NCBI GenBank assembly: GCA_024679065.1
Contig: JAGIQG010000009.1
Coordinates: 90,272,001 to 90,336,000, forward strand
Origin: Sphyrna mokarran
Taxonomy: Eukaryota
Length of the DNA: 64,000 nucleotides
Direction: 5' to 3'
The notes beneath the pieces were generated by a model that made no database searches, was not told where the DNA came from, and worked only from the letters and a program-made list of their open reading frames with translations. The stretch's first letter is position 1. Each line of letters opens with the position of its first letter. The translations under genes and the position numbers were made by a program. Shown here piece after piece: positions 25,556 to 38,645 of this stretch.

Positions 25556-25889
25556 TCTAATACTCATTTTTATTCTGTTGTGCTATATACATTTTTTACA
25601 GAACACAAGGAAAGTTCATTGCTAAAGATTACACAATGAACCACTTATTCTCATTCTCTGTAGATCAAGGTTTGATTTAATTATAAATGTTGAGATTTTT
25701 ATTGGCTTTTAAATGTTAACCCAATCCAATGCTGCTAACTACACTCACTCAACAACATATATTACATAGGAATCTGTCCACTTTTGAAGTGAAAAAACAT
25801 CAAAGCCTTCCAAGAATGAGACATAAAGTTTAATTGTTATATCGCATCATATTATAAACCAGCTCCCGGATAATCAACTCCATACTAAC

Positions 25890-26171
25890 CCCAAAACACA
25901 GTTGCTGGCTCCTCCAGAGCCTCATGTTCCACATGACAGGAATACATGTCTCCAGGACTCGGTGTAAATTGCAGGTATGCGAATCTCTGGAAGGAATAAT
26001 CCTTCTTTAAATAATATTCTGTGATATTGATGCCATTAGTCAGTTCTTCATTGTTTCTCCGAAACTTCATGGTGATACGTGGAGGGTAAAATCCATCAGT
26101 CAGACAGATTAACGTGTTGGGCTGTCCCCATTCTACAGAGACTTCAGGGTATATGGCAGTCTGAGGGGCAA
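25890..26171 (-). CDS. MHC class II alpha chain, exon 3 (alpha2 Ig C1 domain)
   Basis: 282 nt, acceptor TTCTCTGTTCACAG, donor GTTAGT, phase 1-1. Contains GQPNTLIC-DGFYPP and YSCHVEH motifs and ends VFW, typical of class II alpha2. Confidence 0.96.
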
Positions 26172-26699
26172 CTGTGAACAGAGAAAGGAGACAGCATGGG
26201 TACAATTAACCAATGTGATTAGCAGAACAAATAAAATATAACAGGTAGATTGTGTAGTGTGGAAAATATACAATCAACTCCAAATCAGTACAAGACTTCA
26301 GTTCAGGTCAAAAATTAGACCACTTCAATATGCAATGGAGAGATAACTAAAGAAAGAGTTTACATTTATAAAACCTCTTATCTTATCCTCAGCACCTCCT
26401 CAGACTCCTTACAAACAATGATTTCCATCTGTTGTGTACATAGCAAAAAGCCATCGAGATGAAAATCAAGTTCATCTCTATTAATGGTGCAGAAATAAAC
26501 TTGACAAAAATGCTGGGAGAAATAGCAACGCTTTCAGTAGACCAGGTGATCTTTAGTGATCCTTTACAAAAAACAGCAACTTCAGCTTAACATTACATCT
26601 GAAAGATAGTACCTCAAAATCTATCCTAGCTTGATGTTGGTTCCTACTACAGCTTCTTGAATTTCTGCCGCTCGTGTGGGCAAAACTTGCTTTTAAATA

Positions 26700-28800
26700 T
26701 CCCTAGATGCTAATTGTTCAGGAAAGATAGAAAAAGGAGGCATGGGAAAACACTGCTGTGCTGGAGAAAGGGAAGGGGAATAGAAGGGAACAGAGGAGAG
26801 ACAATCCAGAGGGTCAAGCACAGAATCTGGGTGGTTGGAATTAAGGGAGAAAAACTGTGCAATTCTATTGCTTGGTGTAATCTATAGGCCACTAAACTAG
26901 AAAGATGTAGAAGAACAAATTTGCAAGGAAATTACAGAGGTTCAAAGTTGCAATGGAAAATTTTAACTATCTGATCACAGAGAGAAATAGTAATGCTGTA
27001 AAGGCAGACAGGGCCAAGATTTCCCACAGTATGTTGAGGGAAATTTTCAAATGCAGTATGATTCCATTCCAATGAGAAAGGGAGCATTGCTGGACCTAAT
27101 TTTTCAGAATGAGGGCTCCAAGTGGATCAAGTATCAGCTGAACATTTAGGGAAGAGTGATCATTGTATTGTAAAGTTCATGATGGTTAAGGAACAATCCA
27201 GATAATTGATTGAGAAATGGGTAAAAATGGACTTGATTTAAATGAATTGGAATCAAAAGTTTACAGAAGAAACAGTAACAGAACAAGGTGCTGCCTTTTC
27301 AGAAGGGGTATGTTAGGCAGAGTCAAGGCACATTCCCACAAACAGTACAGACAGAGCAATGTAATCCAGAGGTACCTGGAGGACAAGTAGATAGAAATTT
27401 AAGTAAAGGAGAAAAAGTGTGTTGATGACCATTGTCAGCTGAAGAATATAACAGAGAACCAGGCTGAATATTGAAGATTCAGAGAGGAATTGGAAAGCAA
27501 ATAGCAAATGGAAAGAGAGAGCATGGCAGCTAACAGACAAATGCATCCAATGGTCTTCAATTGGTAGACAAACAAAGAGATGCAAAGGAGCTGTCAGACT
27601 GAGTTAGCAATTGAAATAAAAGAGATTGAAGCATGGGGGCAGATGGCATTGTTGAGTTAAATGAATACTTTGCATCAGACTTTACCAAGGAAAACGTGGC
27701 ACAGGTAATGGCTGAAGTGGAGATAATTCTGACACTGGAAGGGTTTAAAATTCATAAAGAAATGGTATCAGGTAGGCTATACTTAAAACTTGTAAGACAA
27801 CAGGAATGGATGAGATGCACCTGAGGGTAGCGAGAATGGAAATTGCAAAGGCATCAGCTATAATTTTCCAGTCTTTGTTAAACTCAGAGTGATACCAGAG
27901 AACTGGAGAATTGTAAATGTTTCAAAATTGACAGATGATACAAAACATGGAAGAATTTTGAAATATCATGAACTGTGAGAATACTGTAGAATTGCAAAAG
28001 ATCAAATAGGTTGGTGAAATAGATGGGCAAGCTGCATTCAAAACTGAGAAGTATGAATTAATTCATTTTGATAGGAAAAGGCAACATAAAATAAAGGGAA
28101 CAAATCTAAAGTGAGTGCAGGAGAGAGGGATGTCAGAGTGTAAATTCATAAGTTATTGAAGGTGGTAGGATAGGTTGAGAGTGTGGTGAATAAAGCACAC
28201 AGCATCCTGGGCTTTATCAATAGGAGAATGAAATACAAAAACAAGGAACTGATGTTAAACCAGTATAAATACTGGTTCAGACCCAAATAGAGTGTTGTGT
28301 CCAATCCTGGACACCACACTTTTAGAAGGATGTGAAGGCATTAGAGAGAGTACAAAAAAGATTCACAAAAATGGTTCCAGGGAACAGGCACTCAGTTACG
28401 TAGATAGATTGGAGAATTTGGGACTCCTCCTTGGAGAAGAGAAAGTTGAAATTGATTTGATGGGTATTTTCAAAATCATGAAGGGTCTGGACAGGGTAGA
28501 CTGGGAGAATGGTGGAATAGACTGGTTCTTTATCTTTCCAATGGTGGAAAGATAAAGAACTAGAGGGTACAGATTTAAGGTAATTGGAAAAAGCAGTAGG
28601 GATATGAGGAAAAACTTCTTCATACAGCAAGTGATTAGTTAGTACCTGGAATGCACTCAAAGAGTTTGTAGTGGAAGCAGATTAGTACAGCAAGCAGTTA
28701 GGTCTGGATTGCACTGTCTCAGAGTATGGAGGAGGCATATTCACACAGTGAGTGGTTAGGATCTTGAATACACTGTCTGGGACTGCAGTGGAGGCAGGTA
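26700..28800 (+). mobile_element. Old, heavily degraded CR1
   Basis: Scattered ORF2-like peptides (LNEYFAS, IFKIMKGLDRVD); the 3' end is locally repeated about three times at 28630-28800. Confidence 0.65.
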
Positions 28801-28917
28801 GCACTGGGTGTATTACGTCTTTGGAAAACCAGTGCAAAAACAACAGCCCAAAATGCCTTTGCGTGATTCCATAATTCTTCCACAGTACTGTTAGGTAAGA
28901 AATTCCAGGATATTACA

Positions 28918-31485
28918 GGAGAGGAGAGGTCACCCTGTTGGGAGTCTTTTACAGACCTCCTAATAGTTCTAGAGAGGTTGAGGAAAGGATTGCAAAGTCC
29001 ATTCTGATTAGGAGTGAAAGTAGTAGGGTAATTGTGATGGGGGACTTTAACTTTGCTAATATTGATTGGAATAGCTATAGCTCTAGCTCGTTAGAGGGGT
29101 CAGTTTTCGTACAGAGTGTGCAGGAAGGTGTTTTGACTCAGTATGTAGAGAGGCCAACTAGAGGTGAGGCTACATTGGATTTGGTGCTGGGCAATGAGCC
29201 AGGCCAGGTGTTAGGCTTGGAAGTTAGTGAACATTTTGGTGATAGTGACCACAATTCGGTTACGTTCACCTTAGTGATGGATAGGGATAGGCATGAAGCT
29301 GGGGGCATTAGTTATAGCTGGGGGAAGGGTAATTATGAGGCCATCAGGAGAGAATTAGGGTGCATAGATTGGACTAGGGAACTAGAGGGACTGGTAACAT
29401 CTGGAATGTGGTGCTTATTCAAGGCGCAGCTGCTGCGAGTCCTTGATAAGTATGTCCCTGTCAGGCAGGGAGGAAATGGTCGAGTAAGAGAGCCTTGGTG
29501 TACGAAAAAAGTTGTTTTGCTGGTTAAGAAGAAAAAGGAGGCTTATGTCAGGATGAGGCTTGAAGGCTCAGATAGTGCAATGGATAGCTATAGATTAGCC
29601 AGGAGGAGGTAAAAAGTGAATTGAGGAGAGCTAAGAGGGGACACGAGAAGATGTTGGCTGATAGGATTAAGGAGAATCCTAAAGCTTTCTTTCGATATGT
29701 TAAGAATAGAAGATTGGTTAGGGCAAGATTTGGGCCAGTCATAGATAGCAGTGGGAAGTTGTGCGTGGAGCCTGAAGAGATTGGCGAGGCACTGAATAAA
29801 TATTTCTCTTCGGTATTCACGCAGAGTGCTGGAAATGTAGCTGTGGAGAGCACTGAGGTACAGGGTTGCAAATTGGGGAGTATTGTATTAGATAGGGAGG
29901 ATGTGTTAGAAATTCTCGAGGGTTTGAAGTTGGATAAGTCCCCTGGGCCGGACGAGATTTACCCTAGGATTCTCTGGGAGGCAAGAGAGGAGATTGCAGA
30001 GCCTCTGGCTCGGATCTTCAGGTCCTCGTTGGTTTCGGGTGTGGTTCCGGAGGACTGGAGGATGGCGAATGTGGTCCCATTGTTTAAGAAGGGGAAGAGA
30101 GACCTTCCTGGGAATTATAGGCCAGTGATTCTTACTTCTGTTGTGGGCAAGGTATTGGAGAGAATTATTAGGGATAGGATTTATAGTTATTTAGAGAGAA
30201 ATGAATTGATTGGGGATAGTCAGCATGGTTTCGTGAAGGGTAGGTCATGCCTTACTAACCTCATTGAGTTTTTTGAGAAAGTGACCAGAGAGGTGGATGG
30301 GGGTAAGGCGGTTGATGTAGTAAATATGGACTTTAGTAAGGCGTTTGATAAGGTGGCCCATGGAAGACTTCTACAGAAAATGCAGATGTGTGGAATAGAG
30401 GGTGATTTAGCTAATTGGATTTGGAATTGGCTGGCAGATAGAAGACAGAGGGTGGTGGTTGATGGGAGATATTCATCGTGGAGTTCGGTGACGAGTGGTG
30501 TGCCTCAGGGGTCTGTTTTGGGGCCCCTGCTGTTTGTAATTTTTATAAATGATCTGGATGAGGGTATTGAGGGATGGATCCGTAAATTTGCAGATGACAC
30601 TAAAGTCGGTGGAGTGGTAGATAGTGAAGAGGGGTGTTATAGTTTGCAGAGAGACTTGGACAAGTTGCAGAGCTGGGCCGAGAGGTGGCAAATGAGTTTA
30701 ATGTGGAAAAGTGTGAGGTAATGCACTTTGGCAGGAACAATAAATGTGTAGAGTATAGGGCTAATGGTAGGGCTCTTAATAGTGTTGAGGAACAGAAGGA
30801 TCTTGGTGTATGTGTCAATAGATCCCTGAAAGTAGGCAGTCAAGTGGATAAAGTTGTTAGAAGGCATATGGAGTCTTAGCTTTTATTGGTAGGGGAATTG
30901 AATTTAGGAGCCGCAGCATCATGTTGCAACTGTACAAAACTCTAGTGCGGCCGCACGTGGAGTATTGTGTGCAGTTCTGGTCCCCACATTATAAGAAAGA
31001 TGTGGAGGCATTGGAGAGGGTACAGAGGAGGTTTACCAGGATGTTGCCTGGTATGGAGGGCAGGTCCTCTGAAGAGAGGTTGAAGGATTTGAGGTTGTTT
31101 TCGTTAGAAAGGAGGCGGCTAAGAGGGGATCTTATTGAAGCATATATGATGATTAGAGGTTTAGATAGGGTGGACAGTGATAGCCTTTTTCCTAGGATGG
31201 AGAAAGCTAGCACGAGGTGACACAGCTTTAAATTAAGGGGTAGGAGTTATAGGACGGATATCAGAGGTAGGTTCTTTACTCAAAGAGTGATTAGGGAGTG
31301 GAATGCCCTGCCTGCAGCTGTTGTAGATGCGCCAAGTTTGGTGGCGTTTAAGAGGTTAATTGATAAGTATATGGAAGAGAAGGGAATGGTTTAATTTGGC
31401 GGGGCATTGCTTTTTATTTTGGTCGGCACAACATCGAAGGCCGAAGGGCCTGTTCTGTGCTGTATTGTTCTATGTTCTATGTTCT
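28918..31485 (+). mobile_element. CR1 LINE (subfamily A), truncated in the endonuclease
   Basis: ORFs 28938..29612, 29621..30721, 30685..30879 and 30921..31220; tail (TTCTATG)n. Confidence 0.95.
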
Positions 31486-33789
31486 ATATTTTTCAGTGAT
31501 AATGAGTAATGGCAATATATATCTAAATCAGGATGTGACTTGGATGAGAATTTGGAGACTGTATTTTTCCCACCCATTTCTCCTCTTGATTTGTCAACGT
31601 TGGAGGTTGCAAAAGGAGATGTTGAAACTTGGTGGGAAAATGAGTGGTAAGGAAAATCTAAAAATGCTTCAAACTGATTTTAACAAATTGAGTGAATGGA
31701 CAAATACTTGGCAGATGCAGCATAACATTAATGAGAAGCTATACTTTTCATTTGAAGAAACAAAATGGCAGGCTATTTAAATTGGTGGTAGATTGGAAAA
31801 TGCTGATATACAAAAGGATCTGGATGTCCTTGCACTCTAGACACTGAAAGCAAGCATGCAGCTTCAGCAAGTAGTTGGAAAGACAAATGGAATGTTGACT
31901 TTCATTGCAAGAAGACTTGAGTACAGGAGCAAGGTGTTTTACTGCAGCTCTACAAGGCCTTGGTGAGGACACACTTGGAGTATTGTGTTCATTAAAAACT
32001 GATCTCCACTTCTCTAGCTCGACTCCATCTTCTCCTGGCCACAGTCTTAAACTAAACCAGTCTGTCCACAACCCTCAGTGTCACACTGGATCCCACAATG
32101 AGCTTCCAACCTCATATCTATGTTATCACTATGCCTATCTCCATCTCTATCACTTGACTTCGCCCCTATCTCAGCTCATCTGCTGGTAAAAGCCTCACTC
32201 TTGCCTTTGTTCCTTCTAGACTCAACTACTCCAGACTCTTGGCTGGTCTCCCACATTTTACCCTTTATACAGTGGCATAGCTAGTACCTTTTTTATGTGC
32301 TCACTCCCCCTGACCTTCAAACCTGGCTATGCCGCTGCCTCTATAATTTAAGTAATTCAAAACCTGCTGCCCCAGTTTTAACCACAGCAAGTACATTCCC
32401 CTATCATTACTGTATTTACTGACTGACTTTGGCTCCTTGTTTGTTTTGATTTTAAAAATTCTGATCCTTGTTTTCAAATTCCTGCATAGCCTCAGCCTCA
32501 CCCCCATCTCTAATTACCTTCAATCCCTCCAAAATATCTGTGTGCTTCTCTAATTCTGGCCTCTTGAGCATTTTCAATTTTAATTAGTCCACTGTTGGAG
32601 TGCACACCCTTCTGTTGCCAAGGCAGAAAGATCTGGAATTCTCTCCCAACACTGCTCTGACTCTGAGTCGCTTTCCTCTTTTATGACAGTGCTTAAAATC
32701 TCTCTCTTTGGATAAGCTGGTCACCAGTGTAATGATTTTGTTTTCTAATGTTCCTGTGAAGCATCCTGGGACGCTTCATTAATTTGAAAGGTGTTATATA
32801 AATTTGTTGTTGCAATTGTAAATACTTTGTAAACAAACAACAACTAAATCAACAACTGACCAAAGAGATGTGAGACAGTTTCTAAAAACCCAATGAAATT
32901 CATGGGTGGGAGAGGGAAGGGAAGGGGTGGGGGAGGGGGAAATGGAGGGGCAAAACTTTCCTGAGGAAATACAATGTGTGTATGGTTACAATATGTTGAA
33001 ATTATTTACTTGCCTGTTCCAAATCAGTTCTCTATCATTGTTGTTTAACACCCACTTTATGTTACCAACTGCCCCATAAAAGCAGGCTGGCACTCCAGGA
33101 ATACATGCCAATCATAGTTCTATAATATCCATAGGATCTCAATTTGACTGCAATTGATGAAATCCTCCTTGTGTAGAACCCACACAATAAACAGAACTGC
33201 TCCCACATACTGCCAAATACAATGTTTCAAAGAAACAAAATGGATATTTGTGCTCAAAGATTGTGTGTTTTTAATTTTCTTTGCCATGAAATAGCTCTCA
33301 AGTTAACACCAGCATTATTCTCTGTTCATTAGATTTAGCAGCCAAAACAGGATCAAGAGTAGCAGCTAATGCTGGTTAACCAGAGGGAACAGTTAGTAGA
33401 AGACAAGGAGGAGACAGTTTCTTTCTGGAGGACATAACCAGCATACTGGCTTTGTAGACCAAGACATCTTCTTAAAGCTTTTTGAGGATCAGTGTGTGGA
33501 GCAATTGCGCTTCTCTACACATTGTCCACCTCCTGCTTGCTGAGATTCTGCATTTATAGTGGTGATAAAGGCTCCATAATCCTTCAGTTTCTTTCAGACT
33601 GCTGCAAGGGGCTGCCACGCATACATGCATATAGTACGGCACAAAGGTCCATTCTGTCAGGGACAATCAGTTTATCATCTTTCCTATGGATGCTAATAGT
33701 CAAAACTATAGAATAATACCATACAGAGTTCCAGTCAGATTCCACTGAGTCTGTGCTGACTCTTTCAACCTATAACTTCCACTTACCCA

Positions 33790-34590
33790 AGACCATAAGA
33801 CATAGGAGTAGAATAGGTCACTCGGCCCATTGGGTCTGCTCTGTCATTCAACTACGGCTGATTCTATTCTCATCCGAATTCCCATGCCTTCGCCCATAAC
33901 CACTGATCCTCTTATTAATCAAGAATCTATCTATCTCCATCTTAAAGACATTCAATGACCTGGCCTCCACAGCCTTCTGCGGCAAAGACTTCCACAGATT
34001 CACCATTCTCTGGGTGAAGAAATTCCTCCTTGTCTCTTTTAGTCTGAGGTTTTGCCTTCTGGTTCTAATTTTTCCTATTATTGGAAACATCCTCACTGTG
34101 TCCACTCTATCCAGACCTCGCATATCCAGTATGTTTCAAAATCTTTCTAAACTCTAATGAGTCTAGCCCCAGAATCCTCAACCATTCCTCATACGACAAG
34201 CTTTTCATTCTGAGGATCATTCTTGTAAACCTCTTCTGGACCCTTTCCAAGGCAAGCATATCCTTCCTCTGATATGCGGCCTAAGCAGAACCTTATACAG
34301 CCTCAGAAGTACACCTGCTCTTGTATTCTAGCCCTCTCGACATGAATGCTAACTTTGCATTTACCTTCCTAACTGCCAACTGAACCTGCATATTAACCTG
34401 ACGAGAATCTTGAAGAAGGACTCCCAAGTTGTTTTGTGTTTCTAATTTCTTAAGCATTTTCCCATTTAGAAAATAGTCTATGCCTCATTCCTCCTTCCAA
34501 AGTGCATAATCTCACACTTTTCCACATTGTATTCTATCTGCCACTTCTTTGCCCACTGTCCTATATTGTCCAAGTCCTTTTGCAGCTCCT
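33790..34590 (-). mobile_element. Older CR1 3' fragment
   Basis: ORF 33848..34123 (RGLDRVD...FFTQR) and upstream RT remnants. Confidence 0.75.
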
Positions 34591-34849
34591 TTCTGTCTCT
34601 CTACATATCTACTTCTTTTGCAAGTTTTTTGCTCCTTAAAGTATTTCTCCAATTCTGTAAGATTACAATTGAACCCGAATCCTCCACAATCTTAAGCAAT
34701 GCATTCCAAATTCTGACCAATTTTTGCATAAAAATTCTTCCCTTGTGATTTTGTCAATCACACGTTCCCACAGGTTATCAGCTCTTCAGCAACTGAAAAT
34801 AGTTTCTATCAAACTACTATTTAAAGTCTTCATTTAAAAAAATCTTTCA

Positions 34850-35540
34850 TAGTACATCAGCATCGCTGGTCAGGCTGGCAACTGATACTCATTCCTAATT
34901 GCTCTCAAGGTGATGGTGAGCTGCTGTCCAAAACCACTACAGTTCCTGAGGTACGCTGACAGAGCTGTTAGGAGTTAGAGGATTTTAACGCAACAACAGA
35001 TAAAATTATGATATATTTCCAAGTCATGATGGTATATGGTTTGAAAGGGAACTTTCAGGTGGTGATGTTCATGTCGATCATAGAGGTTGTAGATTTTGAA
35101 CGTGCTATCAAAGCAGTCTTGGTGAGTTGCTATGGTATATTTGGTAGATGATACATACTGTTGCCATTGTGCTTTGGTGGTAAAGGAAGCAAATGTTTGA
35201 GGTGGTGGATAGGATACCCATTGGATGATATTGAGCTTCTTGAGTATTGTTGGAGCTGCACTCATCCAGACAAGTGGGAAGTATTCCATCACACTCCTAA
35301 CTTGTGCCTTGTCAGTGATGGATAGACTTTGGAGGATCAGTCAGCATCCTGACTTGTAAATATAGCACCATTCCTTCAATGTCACTGTATCAAAATGCTA
35401 GATTATGTATTTAGAGAAAAAGAGGGGAGTTACTCCCTGTAAAATTCTCAAAGTCTAACCTGCTTTGTAGCTACAGTACTTATGTAGCTAGGCCAGTTCA
35501 GTTTCTGGTCAATAGTAAATCCCACAAGATTGATAGAGGG
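34850..35540 (-). mobile_element. CR1/L2-group LINE 3' fragment
   Basis: MEYFPLVWMSAAPT peptide; similar to 16830-17200. Confidence 0.55.
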
Positions 35541-35759
35541 GCACTGATAATTCTGTAACCCCCCAAAATTCCCTCAGTACCCCACCACCAACCACCAGGA
35601 ACATCCTTTCTGCATCTCGCCTGTCTAGACCTGGTGAAATTTTATAGGTGAGGTTTCCCCCACCAATCATTTTTCTAAACTCCTGTGAATATAATCATAA
35701 ATGACTCAATCGTTCCTTGTATATTAGTCCTGCCATCCCAGGAATCAGTCCAGCAAAGA

Positions 35760-35997
35760 GACAATACACATCTCTCTAACCTGTGCTCAGTGCTCCTTCC
35801 ACTCACATTGTTAGCCACTTTAAGACTTGAATAGCAGGTTAGGTGTAAAGATTCACATTCTAATCAGCAATCTGTAAACTGTCTGTGCTGATATGTGTGC
35901 TATCGCAGACCAGAACACCTCATTTGCCTGAAGAAGGCTATAATAGCTGAAAGCTTGCGAGTTTATTATCAAATAAATCGGTTGGATTTAAAACTTG
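35760..35997 (+). mobile_element. Solo Penelope pLTR fragment
   Basis: Collinear with 18295-18530. Confidence 0.8.
35922..35962 (+). ncRNA. Minimal type I hammerhead ribozyme motif
   Basis: AUUUGC-CUGAAGA-A-GGCUA(UAA)UAGCU-GAAA-GC-UU^GCGAGU; stems I and II fully paired with wobbles. Confidence 0.75.
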
Positions 35998-37176
35998 AGA
36001 AACATGCCCATCTTCCCACATAGTGCAGGAGGAGTACACCTCAGCTTTCAGCTCTCCTGCGATGACTTACCACTTTAAATTAAACCATTTGGGAGATACT
36101 TAAAAATCAAATATTAATTATTCTAGGATCCTTCTTCCCTGCTCCTCATTAGTACAGAAAAACAGCCCAAACTATAATCGACAAAATAAATATCTTCTAA
36201 ATTATGAGCAATAAAAGTAGTAAATACTTATTTGACTCAACAGTTTGCAATGCCCCAGGTCACGTTTGAATCCTGTTGTCGCCTCAAGGATTCCAAACCA
36301 GCACTCAGGTTTCTCCCTGCACTCTTGCTCTGCTTTCAATCTCCTCTCATGCCCTCTAAGTGCTGTCCCAGTTTCCTCTACTCACAAACTCCTCTATCCC
36401 ATGTCCTCCTCCCACACTCTCCTCCAGATGCTGCGGACTGTCCTTTCCCATGTCCTCCTCCCACACTTTCCTCTAGATGCTGCTAAATGTCTCTCCCAGT
36501 GCCCGCCTCTAGCACTCTTGCTGTCAGCCCAAATCTGAATCTTGTCCTGTTCTTGATGTATGTGAACATGAACTGCTTCTGTGCAATTATCTTTTTGAAA
36601 ATAAGCCTCCACTAAGTCATGAAACAAAAAAACATCAAAAAAAACAAAAGATTACAGACCAGCAGGCAACATTATTGTTTTAGTTATAAAGACTAAGCTT
36701 TGAATTGATACAAGGTGTTCCAGCAAAATATAAACTGCTTTTCTTGGAAAATTGACTACATAGGAGCTTCACATAATGGAAAAGTACTTGAGAAAGCAAA
36801 AGAAAGATAAATAATTTTCTATGAATATGCACATCATGGTTTAAACAAGACTGTAGAATGTAATTGGGTATTATGCTTTTAAACAAAGCTTCAGAGGACA
36901 GTTTGGTTTGTCACTATAGTAAACACATTCTCTTGAAAAGGAGTAAATATTGAACCTGTTAGAACACCGTACATCTGTCAGGAAGAAGACATCGATAATT
37001 GTCATTCTGAGATTGTAGGAGAGAGAAGAGAGGAAGAGAGAAGAGAGATTCCGCTGATTGTAAAGTTAATAGCATATTTGCATTAGGTACTGATGAAGAT
37101 TTAACATGTTGGAAGTAAAGCAACATTCTAGAGAGGGGACACCTTTGCAAATTTGTAATGTTACTAAAGCAATAAT

Positions 37177-38645
37177 AAAGAACAAAGAACACAACAGCAC
37201 GGAAAACAGGCCCTTCGGCCCAAGGAGCCTGCGCCGCCACCCCAATGTTCCCACCTCTACCCGTGGATCCCTGTCCATGTTTATAGATCTATGGATTAAA
37301 AACCAAATTTGAGACAATTTAGGGAGAATTTGTTTTGCCAATTAGCTTAAGAGCACATCTTTGGGATGTGGGAGGAAACCGGAGCACCCGGAGAAAACCC
37401 ACGCAAGCACGGGGAGAATGCGCAAACTCTCACAGACACAGGCCCAAATCCATGTATCTGCACAGCACAGTGATAGTCACTGAGCTGTTGTGTTGCCCAT
37501 CAAATGGTCCAAGTCAAGCGTACACTAATGACGTGAAGCACTAGGATACTGTCCAAAAAAAATCCAAGAGCAGCTCTCTCACGACCCATTGCATCTATGC
37601 CCCTCATTAGACAACAAGGTGGACCAAAGCACCTACAGGATAAAAACAAGTACATCAATATCATCTATTTACACACTTCCCAGGGACTCCCAAGGCTCAT
37701 GATCCCTATATTAAATCAGTTTTCTATACCCCTCCATTCCTATTCTGTTCATGTGCCCATCTAAGTATTTCTTCAATAACTCCAGAGTACCTGCCTCCAC
37801 CACTTTACTTGGCAGCGCATTCCATACCCCCACCACCCTCTGTGTGAAAAATCTCCCTCTAGCATCCAAATTATACCTTACCCCTCTCACCCTAAGCCCG
37901 TGACCCCTCGTGCTATTTGAGTCCATCCTAGGAAAAAGCTTAACCCTGTTTACTCTATCTATACCCCTCATAATCTTGTACACATCTATTAGATCTCCTC
38001 TAAGTCTACGTCTTTCTAAGGAAAACAGTCCCAATTTGCCTAACCTCTGCTCGTGACTCAGACCTTCCATACCAGGCAGCATCCTGGTAAACCTCCTCTA
38101 CAGGCTCTCCAGAGTCTCCACGTCCTTCTGGTAGTAAGGCGACCAGAACTGGACGCAGTATTCTAAATGAGGTCTAACCAACGTTTTATACAACTGCAAC
38201 ATTAAAGGCCAGCTCTTGTACTCTATACCTCTTCCTATGAAGGCTAACATACTATATGCTTTCTTCACAACTTTTTCCACTTGCTCTGCCACCTTCAGAA
38301 ACTTGTTCACCTGCACCCCCAGGTCCCTCTGCATTTCTATACTCTTAATAGGTCTACCTTTTATCATATACCTCCCCACTACATTTTTTCTCCCAAAATG
38401 CATCACCTCACATTTATCAGGATTGAATTCCATCTGCCGTCTGTCTGCCCAAGCTACCAGCCTATCTATGTCCTGCTGCATCGCCTGACAATGCTCCTCA
38501 CTATCCGCAAGTCCAGCCATCTTTGTATCGTCTGCAAACTTGTTGATCACTCCACTTACTCCTTCTTCCAAGTCATTTATATATATTACAAATAGAAGAG
38601 GTCCCAGTACCGAGCCCTGCAGCACACCACTAGTGACCGACCTCC
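37177..38645 (-). mobile_element. CR1 subfamily B with extended 3' UTR (hairpin + captured SINE)
   Basis: RT ORFs 38098..38685 and 37711..38082; the 3' UTR is collinear with 10810-11344. Confidence 0.9.

Noticed and set aside
25890-26171. W-category MHC alpha chain or beta-2 microglobulin
   Set aside because: The position equivalent to b2m Trp60 reads KDYSF (Tyr), and the alpha1 exon is a typical class II alpha domain.
26355-26615. Decayed Deu-domain SINE next to the exon 3 acceptor
   Set aside because: Only a short degenerate match (CTTAACATTACATCTGAAAGATAGTACCTC) by memory; needs a profile search before calling.
33000-33720. Unique-looking stretch checked for a hidden exon
   Set aside because: The frames I translated gave no recognisable protein, and I found no convincing splice pair.
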